DNA of 63,975 nucleotides, counting the filler, from Choristocarpus tenellus KU-1152 (taxonomy: Eukaryota > Protista > Phaeophyceae): NCBI GenBank assembly GCA_964200185.2. It is 9 parts of 9 records of this genome, joined end to end, with 100 filler letters (N's around TTAATTAATTAA, not from the genome) between each part and the next. Parts side by side here need not be neighbours in the genome. Positions count along the whole stretch, not along the records: positions 37,644 to 46,032 come from CAXNAD020004777.1; positions 46,133 to 51,833 come from CAXNAD020009970.1; 7 more parts are not named here. The stretch is one strand, 5' to 3'. This document shows, one piece after another, positions 39,076 through 51,833 of the stretch. The notes under the pieces were generated by a model that ran no database searches, was not told the DNA's origin, and was given only the letters and a program-made list of their open reading frames with translations. Numbering within the stretch: position 1 is the stretch's first letter; the number at the start of each line of letters is the position of its first letter. Position numbers and translations under genes: made by a program.

Positions 39076-42000
39076 TTATCGCTCCTCAATCCATGTATGG
39101 TAGCAAGCTTGGCAGCGAACTCGTATGGTCATCTCAGGGGCGTCCTTGTTACCCCAAGTCTCAGCCTTTCGTGCGCCCATGCCCCCTCCTCCAATGACAT
39201 CAAAGGTGGTATCAGGGCTTCCACAGGATTCACAGTTGTACCCAGAGACTGCAGCAGCTGCAAGCGCTGCTGCACTCTTTGCTGGTGCCAAGGGGGCCTA
39301 TTATCATAGAATATTCATCACCAAGGGGTTGGTGGTCAGTGGTGGGAAAATACTAACCAAAAAAGAATACGGGGGGGTGGGAGTGTGTACGCATCATGCT
39401 TTAGAGGTAGATGGTCAAATGTCGAGCGGGGTATGGGTAGTATAACTGGTGATAAGACATGACCTCTACAAGCTGTTCTAGTGAAAAGGGAGGAACGCCA
39501 ATCAAGTCACTGTCTCAACTTCAATTCTTCAACGGTTCCACTTTCACTGTTGGGGCAATTCTTGACTGTGAAGGTTTGCCCAACTGTACATATCTGGGTA
39601 TGTAACTGTGAGACTGCTGACAAGGTCCCAGTGATCACCATTGTCATTGCCAACATAATAAACGATGGTGGAGGGTATTTCAACAGTAGAGAAGGTTTTG
39701 CAAAAAAGCACGCATAATAAAATATTTACAGTACAGTCATGGTTGTGGTTTTACTTGGTCTGCTTAATTTGACCTCATGGTATGTTTCAGTCTATGGTTG
39801 AACTTCTGTTTTTGACAATATGGTGTATATTGCTGTTTTGACTTGACTGTATAGTTGGTTGCAGTTTGGAGTTTGACAGTACAGGCATGGTTCTACCTAT
39901 GTTACCCACAGTCAACATGATGACAGTATGACCCTTCAATGGTTGTGCATGGCAATGATGGGGGCTCTAGGCTGTTGGTGTCAACAGGGGCTACACATCA
40001 AATATAATTTACACAATTTAGTATATTGCTCTCTCCAAAAAAAACAGGTAAATTTCATACTTAATGCATGTATCTAAGTGTTAACACCTAAGGTCTTTTA
40101 TTGATAATGGTAGTACAAAATAGTAGAGTAATGAGATGAAGATCGGAGATTTACCGCATGTATGCTGTCCCCATATTTATATTTCTAATACTTCTATGGT
40201 CAGGGTACCGCTGGATGGGAAGGTTACAGCAAGTACACCCCAGCACAGTATGGCTGTGTTACAGTCATGGTTATGTGAAGAACTGCACTGTATGGTCATT
40301 GTACTAGAACACTAGCTGGATGTTTTATGATAGTGTGAATAGCACCCACAGTCACCACACTATAGTTGGGGAAACATGACGTATATGCATGGTTTGTCAA
40401 TGTCTTTGTACTTACCAATGGTCAGTTGTAGATTTCTAACTGTGGGGTTATGGTGCAGACCGACCATCAACATTTCCCCCAACCATAAACCTAACCGCAA
40501 TAAACGAAACAATTGTGGTTTTTACCGAGGTCGTAACTGTGTAAGGCCCTGAAATTCTCAAGAGTTTAGACGATCAAATTTTGAAAGTTGCTTGGTCTTG
40601 CTGTTTTGAAAAAAACGTTATGATTTTACAGTTTTGAGAACAATCATTGTTCATTACAAGTGTGAACTTTTCTCATTTTTTGGAGTATTAAACACCACTG
40701 AGGGATACAATGTATATTTAAAAGAAACAGTGTAGAGCTTTAGTCAGCATCAACATGAAATTTGGTCCTTACACTAAAAGAATTGGAATGGTAAGTTTGA
40801 TTCTACTATTGAACTACAGTTTAATACTTCACTCAATAGAGTAAGGCTCTGTGCAAAATATTTGGAGCAGTAACTTGAGATGTACATTGTTTCCAACTGT
40901 GAACTTCCAAGTTTCTTGGGGCATTCTAGTTGAATCAGCTTACGTACTTCACAGGATTAGGCGTATGTAGTAACTCTTGACATCCAAGTACCATGAGCTG
41001 AGATATAGTCAGCACTATTGTATCATGATTTCTCACACCAACAATCAACAAGGTCACACAATCACTTTTCCTTGTTACCACACCATTGGCATGCCATTTC
41101 TGAGGGCTGTCTTGTACTGCTAGCACATTCAGTCCCAGTCTGCTATTTTTCCAGCCACATTCATCCGCTCGCTTACACTCATACTATCCCCCAGTGCAAA
41201 GGAAATCAAGTATTCATTTCACATACCTTTCCCTCGCCCCCCATATCCTCTCCTTGAATGCTAACGCTCCAGCAGCTTTTGGGCCGTGTCCGCCTCCGTG
41301 CAAATGGGTCACCTGTAGCACCTTGTGCTTTAGTGCCAGCTTGCCCCGTTCTCTTCGACCTTCTCTCCACTCCAAATTTTACACCTTTCTCCCCTCCAGA
41401 CCCAGATGCAGATGCTACAGGTCCTGCACTAATTTCACCACCCAAGCCGATGGCTCCCAGTGGGTCTTTGGCAACCTTTGCCTCAACCTCCCTAGAAAAA
41501 AACCCAATATCCTCTGCTACAGATTGGAATGCCTCCTTCCACATCTGGGTAAGTGGGGAGGGGAAGGGGGAGTAGAGGATGGCAATGTGGCCGTGGTTGG
41601 CATCAAGGCTGGGGTGGAAAGGTAGACGCCGAACATCATTCCCACCTGGAATCAGGAATAAAGCTTTCTCAACCTTGGGCATTTCTTCACAAAGTTGGCA
41701 CTAACATTTGTATCTCAAGCCGGCCACATGCACCATTTGCGTACTTTCTACTGCCGGAAACCTATACATGGACGCGGTCTCACACAGAATGGCGGGTTGG
41801 TGCATCGAAACTCAGCCAGGGCCATACACTTAAACATTCGCCAACCCCCAAGAACAAATATACATGCAGTTTAAAATCTATGGCAACAAGAAGGAACTGA
41901 TCACAACACCTACCTTTTCGAACGCAGGCCTCTGTCGCTCGAGGGCCTCCTCTTCGATGATGACTGCCTTCTCAGGATGCTTGCTCGAGTGGTTGGTGGT

Positions 42001-42463
42001 GTGAAAGTGCTGTCAAAAGAGCATATTCACCGAAAATACATATCAAAACAGCGACGCCATTAGTTGGGCACCATGGTAATGCCTGGAAGTAGCTAAACTT
42101 GGGGATGCATTCTAGGTTGTCATGACCAAATCTGAGGAATGAACTGCATCGTAAACTGCTGAAACATCCCTATCTATCTCATGCACACACAAACATACAA
42201 GCACACAAATACATATATACATACCACATGTACTGCACACAAAATCTCCAGTCTGAGTCCACGATTGGCTAGAGCTGAGTCCATTGTACGAAATTCACCG
42301 ACAACTAAACCAATGTATTCATCAACTTTGTGAACCACAGCATAGATTTCAGGGATCCTCTCACCCGGAGGCAAAGGCGGACGCCACAGCATTGGATACA
42401 AGCTTCTCTCTTGTAGCAGCGCGAGCATAGTTGCGAAGACAAGGCAGACTTCCCCTTCATCAT
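39076..42463 (-). CDS. Uncharacterised ~244-aa protein with N-terminal Cys/His finger and C-terminal TFIIS-like zinc ribbon
   Basis: Exons 42463-42365, 42009-41914, 41544-41227 and 39297-39076 have GT-AG phase-0 junctions and give one open frame: CSRC..CIQCCGVRLCLRHFH ... CESC-x-RKAETWGNKD-x-CQACYHTW-stop. Extra exons in the 1.9-kb intron cannot be excluded. Confidence 0.8.
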
Positions 42464-42780
42464 GGAGACTTCGACACTATGAAGGTGAACTATTTTTGTA
42501 GTATCAATTGTGTGAGGTGTTGGATAATATTTTGACAATTTGATACTTTGATGATTTTGTGATCAGTACCTATCTCTATATCGGTATTCCTGCCCAACGG
42601 AATCGGGAGAAATGCCGATATTATTATATAATGTTCATAGAAAGATTGATGTAGAGGTCCAATCAAGTTCACGATTTGTGATCCCTCTTTAGTTAGTTAA
42701 CTTCGTAAATTTAGCGACAGAGACACCATAAGTTTGGACGGGAAAAGTGGGGATAACGGGGTAGTCGTAACTTCTTTTCC

Positions 42781-45296
42781 ATGGATGTTAAAGACGTCCA
42801 CGATTCAAGTGGGGAAGACTCCGACTATCTTCCCGGTTAGTGCCTGCACCTTGTCTCCTTTCATGTCTGTAGACAGGTCGTGTTGCGTTGAGTTTGCTGG
42901 TTTGGGACTGCTTCTTGAAGTCACAATCAACGATTTGAGTGGAAGTTTGAAGGATCCATCAAGTGAATGCTGATTTCGGATTAGTCTTGTCCAGGATACC
43001 GGTAAATCGTGCCTGTAGGGTCGAACTTGCAAGTCAGGGATGTGCATTGCTCAACTTTTGTCCCCTAAAAGACACACCATCACTGTCGACCAACTCTACA
43101 GATACGGCTGAAGATGGCGACGAAGAGGATGATAAGGATGCTGAGGTGAATCGATGAAGCCCGGTGGTGCTGTACATTTTGATATGTCTTTCCATCCCAC
43201 GGCTGCATCTTGCATCACTCAAACTATGACTACTAGAGTACATTGAGGCTACTCATTTCCATACCATGTCACCATATGCACTCGATTATTGTCACTGAGG
43301 AGATACCAAGGTGGGATTGTGCAACATCCAACTCAAAGTCTGTTGAACTGGTGTCGGTTTTCATGTTGAATATCTCCGCCCTTCGTCACCTTAACGGTTG
43401 TGTCCTTCGTTCCAGATCGTCGAAACGATCGGTTCAGGTATTAGGCCGAAGCAACGGGATGCTATGGACGCGATGTGGGAGGAGATGAACGCTGAAGTCG
43501 CACTTCCGACTCAATCGCGCTTGACGGTCAAGAATGGGGGCAGTAAAAAGAAAAGGAAAGCTATAAAAAAGGCAAATAAGGCAAGAATGTGTAGGTGCTG
43601 TGCACAATTGCTGGATGACCACGGTAGGTGGTACATTCTCGTTTGGTACAGAATAATCACATCACCAAGTGTTTAAAAGCTTGACATATGAGGGAGGTCA
43701 TGCTATAGAGGGAAACTAAAAGGATGTGCGTGTGGAGGTCATGATCTTCGTCTAAATCAACCGGATCATCTCCTACTGTCCCTGATCAACAACAGCGGTA
43801 AACCCTTTTGCATAGGTGCTGGCAGGAATCTTCGGCAAGAAGACGGCATCTAGCATGATGGTACGGGTGGGTAACACCAAAGTGACGGCGTTGCAAGGGG
43901 GTGGGAAGGAAGATTTGGGGGGCACACGTGCGCTGGCACTCGCCGCACACCGCAAAGTTGAGGTGGCAGAAGTCAAGAAATTTGCAGGAAGGGAAATCAC
44001 GTGAGTGGAGTAAGCAGATGCACATGCGTGATATACTTGTGACCTCAGCCGGATCAGGCAGTACAGTGTAAGGCGATCCTTAATTAGTTCATGTTTATCT
44101 CTCTGGCATTACACGTTCACGTTGACTTGTTGCAAGACCTAAGGAGAATCTTGGGTTTTAATGTGTTAGTTATTGGCATTTCGTCGTTGTGTTAACACTG
44201 AGCTATGAAACAGCTCCTGAAACTAGAGACGTATCGATTTTGTGGAAAATTGTCCCCAATTCTCAACCCCACCTCCATATAGCAAGAAAATGCCCGTTTT
44301 GTATGTTTACTCAATGATAAGGATTCCGGTTTCTTGCCTGTCTAATTACCAATTGGATATTGCATGCACATAGCTTTTTCCCTCCAGAAAGCGATGCCTT
44401 AGATACCATGTGCGGCAGACGATACCCACAACCATTGCATGTAACATTCTTGACATAATGTTGGTAGAGAAAATGACTCTAACTGCTCCAACCGTCAAAC
44501 AGAGTGAAAAGGACAGTGACAGCGGCAGTAGCGGATAAAATTCCTTCCACTGTAGCTGCAGCTTCCAAGAGCAGTGGGAAAGGCCTGGATGGTGTGCTGG
44601 CAGCACTGGATGGACCAAAAAACATTTCAACGGTCAGCTATTTTCAGATGCATACCGATTTCTGAAGTCATCTTGGCCTTGCCTGGGAGGCCTATCTCCT
44701 TGGGACAACATAGATATATTGGCAGTGGCATGGTCCGTAAACCACTGACATGTCATGGTGCAACAATAGTGTGTGATGTATTAGCAGTCTGAAAGGTCGA
44801 TAGGAATGTGTCCAGCTCACAGAACCAGAGGGTAGATGTAAAGCCTCATCATGCAGCAGGGTCCAACTTGACCTAACTGTCCACCTGCTGCACCTTAAAT
44901 ATATTCACTGTTGCCCATCTTCCCCCATCCCCCTCCTCTCTTCATTGGGTAAAACTCCTTCACCCAGTGTTTTTGGCAGGTTATTGTTGGCCCCCAATTG
45001 ATAATTTAGCTCATATTCATTTCTCTCTTCCTCCAACTCACCATGCAGTGGTCTCTTTTCAAGTTTTCCTGCGATAGTGACTGCCTGATCGCATTTCACC
45101 CCCTACAAAACAGGTGGCAAAGTCGTCCATGGACTGGGATAACTACAAGGCCCAGGAGGGTCTAGAGGGTGAGATGGAGCAGGTCACCAAGGAGGGAACA
45201 GGCTACCTCAATAAACAGGACTTCCTCCAGCGCTGTGATGTGAGGCGATTTGAGCAGGAGAGAGATGCTCGAGCGGCAAAGCGGGACCTGGCTTGA
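42781..45296 (+). CDS. CFDP1: Craniofacial development protein 1 / Swc5 homolog (BCNT domain, SWR1/SRCAP complex)
   Basis: Exons 42781-42835, 43072 (or 43102)-43145, 43416-43580, 43816-44000, 44503-44632 and 45114-45296 are in frame. Acidic N-terminus DSSGEDSDYLP, KKFAGREIT, and BCNT motif KNISTVAKSSMDWDNYK...GYLNKQDFLQRCDVRRFEQER. Confidence 0.93.
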
Positions 45297-46132
45297 CCTC
45301 ACCTCCTACTATTGTAGTGCATGTACAAAATTTGAGAGAAGGATCTGGAGGGAGGGGTGTACCATGGTGATATGTGCTGTTTCAGGTCTGTTTGGGGGTA
45401 TTTTGTTTGTAAAGAGTGGTGAAGACATTTGCGCTGGAGCTTGAATAGGGTACAAGGTTTGTTTTTCGGCCCATGCAGTTGTGTAGTATTGTGGATATTG
45501 GATGAGGTACATTTTGTACGCCGAAAATGATTGATTGCCACCTAAGTTCGTGTTGTCAAGCACTCTGTATTTGTGTTGAGACCATTTGATATAGTCGATG
45601 CGTGTGTGTGTGTGTGTGTTAAGCAACCTGTGCCATCAAGGTACCCACCTCTCTCTGTGGTGTAATTATTATTATTCCCTGGGTGTTTGTGAAAAAGGTG
45701 CTCAAAAAGTCACGCTGTAGTGTCTCCTAGGCAATCGCCCTTAGTTGGATGGTCTCCTTTTTGGTAACTGTGCACTTCACAAAGACCAGTTATTTATTAC
45801 ACAGGTCTCTGTCGATGAGATTATTGGTGCAGGTCACTCTTCTTTAGACAAGTTCAATGAGGATGGTGTCTTGTCTTTGGGCCTCAGCAATTGCAGCTGA
45901 GTGTGAATTCCAATGACAGAAAAGAAAAAAAAAAAACACTTCAGTGAGTGGCGTCAGTGCTGGAGACTACCACCTTACTTGTCGTCTATCCCCACCAATT
46001 CTTGTATATCTGATATTTAAGTTGTTAAATTTNNNNNNNNNNNNNNNNNNNNNNNNNNNNNNNNNNNNNNNNNNNNTTAATTAATTAANNNNNNNNNNNN
46101 NNNNNNNNNNNNNNNNNNNNNNNNNNNNNNNN

Positions 46133-47040
46133 AACTCCTGGCTGAGTTGCGTAAAGTGCATGGATATCATAAAACCAAGACAATAGCATATCGACTGCAA
46201 GGCAATATTATATGTGAACGTATTCATTCTATAATGCATGGTATGCTGGCCATGTATTCAATATGGACCAATCTGACTGGGCCCCATTATTGCCCTTTGT
46301 ATCGCTAGCACAGAATACAGCCCAAAATTCCACTGTTCAAGAAGCCACATTTTTTCTCATGTTTGGGAGGCACCCAATTTTACCAATTGATCTTATTTTG
46401 GGGGTCCCTGAGGCCACCCCCGTAACTGCACAAGAATACAGTATGAAAACAGTGGAAAATGTAAAGCTAGCCTATGAATTAGCCCGGCGCAATATTGGTG
46501 AGATGGCTTTAAGGAACGAATCTAAGAACGTGCACCATAAACTCCCACTATACGAACCCGGAGGTAAATGTGGCTTCACAAACCACATACGTCAGCTGAT
46601 GCACCAAACCCCAAGTTGTTGTCCCCATGGAGAGGACCTCATGAAGTGAAGGCACGTACAACACCTGTTGTATATCGCGTAAAACGCTTGGAAGATCGAC
46701 GGAAAGACACAGTTCATGTGGCCAGACTTAAACCCCACAAGGAGGGTAAAGCCACAGAGTCAGATATATATGCCCTTAATTCACTCTTTTTAGGCCGGAT
46801 CTTACCAGAGCCGGATCTTGATCAGGGGTCAAAGACACAGTCAACTATTGGACCTTACAATGTAAAGGGCATGCAATGTTGTTGATCATAAATGTTGGGT
46901 AGGAAGAAAGACCACCCGCAATTATTTGTACCGGCTTCGCTTTCAAGGATATTCACCGGCCAGTGATGTATGGTACAAACCCGCTGAAATACCTGAATGT
47001 GCAGAGATGATCGCAGCCTATAGGGATGAGAACAACTTGG
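46133..47040 (+). mobile_element. Degenerate Ty3/Gypsy integrase plus chromodomain (chromovirus-like)
   Basis: AYRLQGNIICER, DWAPLLPFVSLAQNT, TFFLMFGRHP, KLLSPWRGPH (GPY/F), VHVARLKP, then YRLRFQGYSPASDVW. Frameshifted. Confidence 0.92.
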
Positions 47041-47518
47041 ACCTCCCTAATGTGAGAGCCCCTGACTAAGCGATTTGTCATAATCAAAAGACACCTGCCA
47101 CTACAACAGCCGAAGAACTTGTAGTACCGCCAACCGGATGTCCACCTAATAGCAACCAAGCCTCCTCTAATACTTGTGACACCCCTCCTTGTGGACCGGA
47201 AAGTGAAATGAATGCCTCTATACTAGTGGGTTACCGGCCTGGTGAGTTGCCACCAGATTCCACAGATAGAGAAGATAGTTCTGTTTCATTACAAGATGGC
47301 GGAAGCGACACCGATAGATTCTTGAAGACCATACCTAGGCTCAGTCCGGGTGATAGTGTCAGAGCTGATCTAGTTAGCAACTTGAGTCTCGCGAAGTAGA
47401 AAGACAGCTCTCATCCGGAAACAAACACAGGTTGGACCTATCTGTGAGAAGCATGCACACCTTTCAAAATATTGTTTACCTCGGGTATAATATTTTACTT
47501 AATTATTTGTAAACAAAC

Positions 47519-47663
47519 TGTGCACATATATATTAAAATATTAACAGTCAACTTACTCCACACATAATCCCATTCATAATCCGGATATACTATCTCATTA
47601 GTTACACCTCTTATATACAAAATAAGGTACACCTCACTATTGTCCTATTTTGTACACTCCCCC
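47519..47663 (-). mobile_element. Short 3' LTR with PPT (minus strand)
   Basis: 138 bp bounded by tgtgca...tgtaca and adjacent to ctccccc (gggggag PPT on the minus strand). Confidence 0.6.
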
Positions 47664-48396
47664 ATGAGAGTGCAGGCAATGAAGGGTTGCTGGAACTCTC
47701 AAACCTAAAACATCTTATTCTAATAAACAAGCAATAGAAGACCCCCCACAAAGGTCACTCTTCTAATTCCATCCATCCTTTCTTTCCACGTTCAGCAAAG
47801 GGGGTCGTGTGAGGCTTCACACTTTCTTGTCTTCACTACTGATAAATAGCATTACCTCCCAAGGTAAATTGCACAGGTTATGAGCCTTAGTAGTATGGAG
47901 ACCGACCTGAAGAAACTTGCTGTCTGGTCGGGGGCCACGGGAAGGTAATTGGAGACCTGGTCCACTTTGAGACTGTCATTGAAAAGCCACGCTGGTGGAA
48001 AGGGTTTTTACGAGATTACAACAAGGGCCTACGAGATTCCTGAAACACCCACCACTATCTCGGGGGAGGCAGTGCGAATGGCACATGCCATGCATATCAA
48101 AAACAACAAGGCGTTATGGTCCCTGCTTATTCAAGCAACAAAGGGATCGGCATCAGCAACCGTTGCACGTTACGAAAACGGGGGTCAACCAGAGGGCAGA
48201 GGGGCCTGGATGGAACTAGAAAGAGTCTACGGGTGACGCGTGGAGGATGAGATCCCCGTGTAGGTAATCACTTTGGAGGCGAAACTCTGAGAACTACGGT
48301 GCGCGGCGCCTCAGGACTGCCCCGATTTCGTCATTAAACTAGAGCAACTATTCGCGGGATTCGAGGAGCTCAAGGAGCCAAAATCGGAAAACATGA

Positions 48397-48656
48397 GAGT
48401 GAAAGTATCTTAGAGAGTACGAGTTTTACCCTGTTTGTCCAATTGAACCTTGGATTCCCATGGGGTTCTTTATGACATTTTCCTTCTCCAAAATGTTTTG
48501 GAGTAGGTAAAATATATATACGATATGAAAAGATGTGCCCAGAAAATGGATATTGACACTTCCTAACAAACGCTAAGGTCAAAATTACATCAAAATCGCA
48601 AGAATGGATTTTGGCCCCCAAATGGATAAGGCTCGACCCTCTAAGATACTTTGGTC
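48397..48656 (+). mobile_element. MITE family A (~260 bp)
   Basis: TIRs gagtgaaagtatcttagag...ctctaagatactttggtc, TSD atga (or tga). Confidence 0.92.
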
Positions 48657-48721
48657 ATGAAGAGGGCATCTATACTGCTTGGGATCAAGGAAGCCATGCC
48701 ACATGTGTTCGCGCAATTAAT

Positions 48722-48979
48722 GAGTCAAAGTATCTTAGAGGGTAGAGCCGCGTCCATTTGGGGACCAAATCCGATGTTGAGATTTTGATCTACTTTTAGC
48801 TATCATGATTATTAGTAACTGTCATTATCCTTGTTTCGGTCACAACTACTCATAACATACATATTTTACCTACTCCGAAACATTTTGGAGTAGGTAAAGT
48901 GTCATTGAAAACCCGTAGGAAGCCAAGCCCCGAATGGACAAACAGGGAAAAATTCGTACCCTCAAAGATATATTGACTC
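48722..48979 (-). mobile_element. MITE family A
   Basis: TIRs gagtcaaagtatcttagagggta...taccctcaaagatatattgactc, TSD aat. Confidence 0.92.
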
Positions 48980-49451
48980 AATAATGCGCCCGGACATCAG
49001 CTATGAGGAGCTCAGACGGGCAATCATCTCGTCGACAACTTACCTTCAATCAGGTCAAGATGGGTATGATGGGATATTTTGGCAATGCATGGCAATATAA
49101 GAAATGGCCATGCTCAGAAGACAAGGGGACCAGCTGGAAGCGGCCCCAAACCAAACCAATGTGCATACTGCTTGAAGATGAACCATCAATGGCAGAAGTG
49201 CTACTCATATGTGAATGGAAAGCTACTGAAGTATCCCACACTGGACCCGCGGCTTTGGTGCTTAATGAAGGACAATGAACAGCTTAATGTAGATGTTAAT
49301 ATTACAAGAGGACTTATGGTCTCGATTCCACTGACTGAGTACGTGGGTGAGACTAGCCTAAACTATCATTATTATTCTATTGTGTGGGCTTTGTAATCGT
49401 CCACACTAACTTACTATGAATCACTTATTTACTTGTCTTAAGTATAGAAAG

Positions 49452-50280
49452 TGTATATTGAACGTGATATAAAAATCAATCAACTCTATGAGTCAATACA
49501 TATAATATATCTGTCACTGGCTCTCCATCTTCTTATTACATAATCAACCGGTGGTGTGTATAGTGTATCAGCAGCATTATCTACCAACACTCTCCCTTGC
49601 TGTGCAGACACTATACACCCTGAGAATCTGCTTCTCTGAAACTTGGAGAAAGAAACAAACTTCGGCTAACTCTCTCAAGGATAATGCAACAAATATACCC
49701 TAACATCAATCAATGTTGTTGACGTTGGGTCTGTGTAGGTACAAAAAAATCAGTCTTCAATTCTTAACCTTTGTCCTACTGCAGTCTCACGTGGGAGCAT
49801 TCTCGGGTACTGTCTCCTGAAGGTCCTTGGCAATGCCATGTTGCGTCTCCAAAATCCATGAAATGGTAGGGTCCTTAGCAATGCATGTGGTGTCTACTAC
49901 AATTCGCAAAACCTCCCTAGTACATCACTACTGCAGGTAACTGGAACACAGATCCTACCTCATATCTACCTTCCTATTGTAGTCTCCAGTGGAAACATTA
50001 TCGGATACTTCTCCTGCCGGTCCTTTGCAATGCCATGTTGCATCTCCCACAATCATGAAATGGCAAGATGCTTAGCAATGCATATAGCGTCTCCTACAAT
50101 CAACAAAATCTCCCTTAATACATCACCGCTACAAATCTCCGGAATAAAGTAACATAGTGGAGCTGTCACTTCCTACCTATCCTATCACAATCTCTACGAA
50201 CACATCCTGGGGTGTTTTCTACTGTGGGTCCTTAGCTATACCAAAATGCGTCTCCCACGATCCACGAAATGTCCCTAGTG
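49452..50280 (-). mobile_element. Putative LTR end with PPT and internal ~200-bp degenerate tandem repeats
   Basis: ccaaca at 49589 abuts ctctccctt (PPT on the minus strand). Motif ggtcctt.gcaatgccatgttgc.tctcc recurs at ~49822, 50019 and 50227. Confidence 0.5.
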
Positions 50281-50388
50281 TCACGCCTAAAGCGAATCCT
50301 TGAAAAAGAGTAGTACTAATCAATTGACTTATTACTGATACACCATACACACAAACGAGGAAAACCTCTCCGTGGCTTTAATAGCTCT

Positions 50389-50647
50389 GAGTCAAAGTAT
50401 CTTAGAGGGTAGAGCCGCGTCCATTTGGGGTTCAAAATCCAATGTTGCGGTTTTGATGTAATTTTGGCTACCGTATTCATTAGGAAGTGTCAATATCCTT
50501 GTTCTGGACACACCTTTTCATAACAATATATTCTACCTACTCCGAAATCAATTCGGAGTGGGAAAATGTCATAAAAACCCCGAGGGAAGTCAAGCCCCAA
50601 ATGGACAAACAGGGCAAACACTCGTACCCTCTAAGATACTTTCATTC
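50389..50647 (-). mobile_element. MITE family A
   Basis: Full TIRs, TSD tct. Confidence 0.93.
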
Positions 50648-50799
50648 TCTTTTATCTAAAGTCAGTCTGCATACAACATCACAGCTGTCACTTGACTGCT
50701 GTGGGTATGCACCAAAATACACGACAGATGGGGTACAAATTCAAATCAAATAATTTGGAAGAACAAACACAAGAGAAGACATTCATAAAGAGAAACGTT

Positions 50800-51058
50800 G
50801 AGTGAAAGTATCTTAGAGGGTACGATATTTGCCCTGTTTGTCCATTTGGGGCTTGGCTTCCCATGGGTTTTTTATGACATTTTCCTACTCCGAAATGTTT
50901 CCAAGTGGGTAAAATGTGTATACGTTGTGAAAAGGTGTGTCCGAAACATAGATATTGACACTTTCTAACAAACACGACAGCTAAAATTACATTAAACTGC
51001 AACATTGGATTTTGACCCCCAAATGGACGCGGCTTTACCCTCTAAGATACTTTGGCTC
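50800..51058 (+). mobile_element. MITE family A
   Basis: Full TIRs, TSD gtt. Confidence 0.93.
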
Positions 51059-51793
51059 GTTCTTTTTCACCAAAATAAGAGCCAATGAATCCTTCTAACC
51101 TTTCCATCCTTTCAGTAAGGTCCTCTTGGTTAGAGGATGAAGGAGTCGTTGTAGATACCATATGCACGTTCTTGTCCCCTTTTCTTGAAGGTTTTCTGGT
51201 TTTCTCCCTGGCCCGAACAGTCAGGGGACATTCGTCATAGTCATGCCCTAACCCTGTACACCTTGGGCATCTTCCATCTTGGTTGTCAGCTTCCCCCAAT
51301 CTTGCAGAGGCACCAGTGTGTCGTCCCCTGTCTAGGTCGGGGCAGTCATTTTTCATATGACCATCTTTGCCACACATGTAACAAACTATGCGCCCCTTCC
51401 CACGCCCCTTTCTGCCCAAGGAACTCTTTCCCACACTCGCAACCAAAGCATGGCCATTCCCAGTGGACTTACCCATGTTGATCGCTTGCAGGTCTTTGTA
51501 CCTCGCCACCACCATATCTTCAACCTCCTTCACCGTCTTCGTTTCCCCAAAAACTACAAAGCTCTTGACTTGGGAGTAGTTCTCCCCAAGCTTATTGAGA
51601 ATCGTGGTCACCTTGGTCTCTTCTCCTATCATCTCTCCCATCGACTCCAGTCTCGTAGTTAACCTGGATATTTCAGTCAGTCCTGGAGAAGGGTCCTTCC
51701 TGTCATCAATCATCAGGCGATTCAGTTCCTGGCGTACACGCCTCGCCTCCTGGCGGGTCTTTGGCATGAACGCCGCATCAAGGGCGCGCCACC
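51059..51793 (-). mobile_element. Ty1/Copia gag with two CCHC zinc knuckles
   Basis: Open frame with WRALDAAF, KVTTILNKLGENY, CYMCGKDGHMKNDC and CPRCTGLGHDYDEC. Both ORF ends in the track are created by flanking MITE A copies. Confidence 0.9.
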
Positions 51794-51833
51794 GAGCCAA
51801 AGTATCTTAGAGGGTAGAGCCGCGTCCATTTGG
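51794..51833 (-). mobile_element. MITE family A terminus, cut by contig end
   Basis: gagccaaagtatcttagagggtagagccgcgtccatttgg. Confidence 0.88.

Larger units (their letters stand above)
47876..49270 (+). mobile_element. Ty1/Copia PBS and degenerate gag, split by two MITEs
   Basis: ...gcaCA then GGTTATGAGCC, the half-tRNAiMet-type PBS. Gag motifs ALWSLLIQAT, GRGAWMELERVY and zinc knuckle CAYCLKMNHQWQKC. Removing both MITEs plus one TSD each restores the frame (SENM-KRASILLG...AQLI-MRPD). Confidence 0.88.

Noticed and set aside
50800-51833. Composite transposon of two MITE A copies carrying a 252-aa gene
   Set aside because: The left MITE has its own TSD (gtt) and the cargo is ordinary Copia gag, so these are independent insertions.
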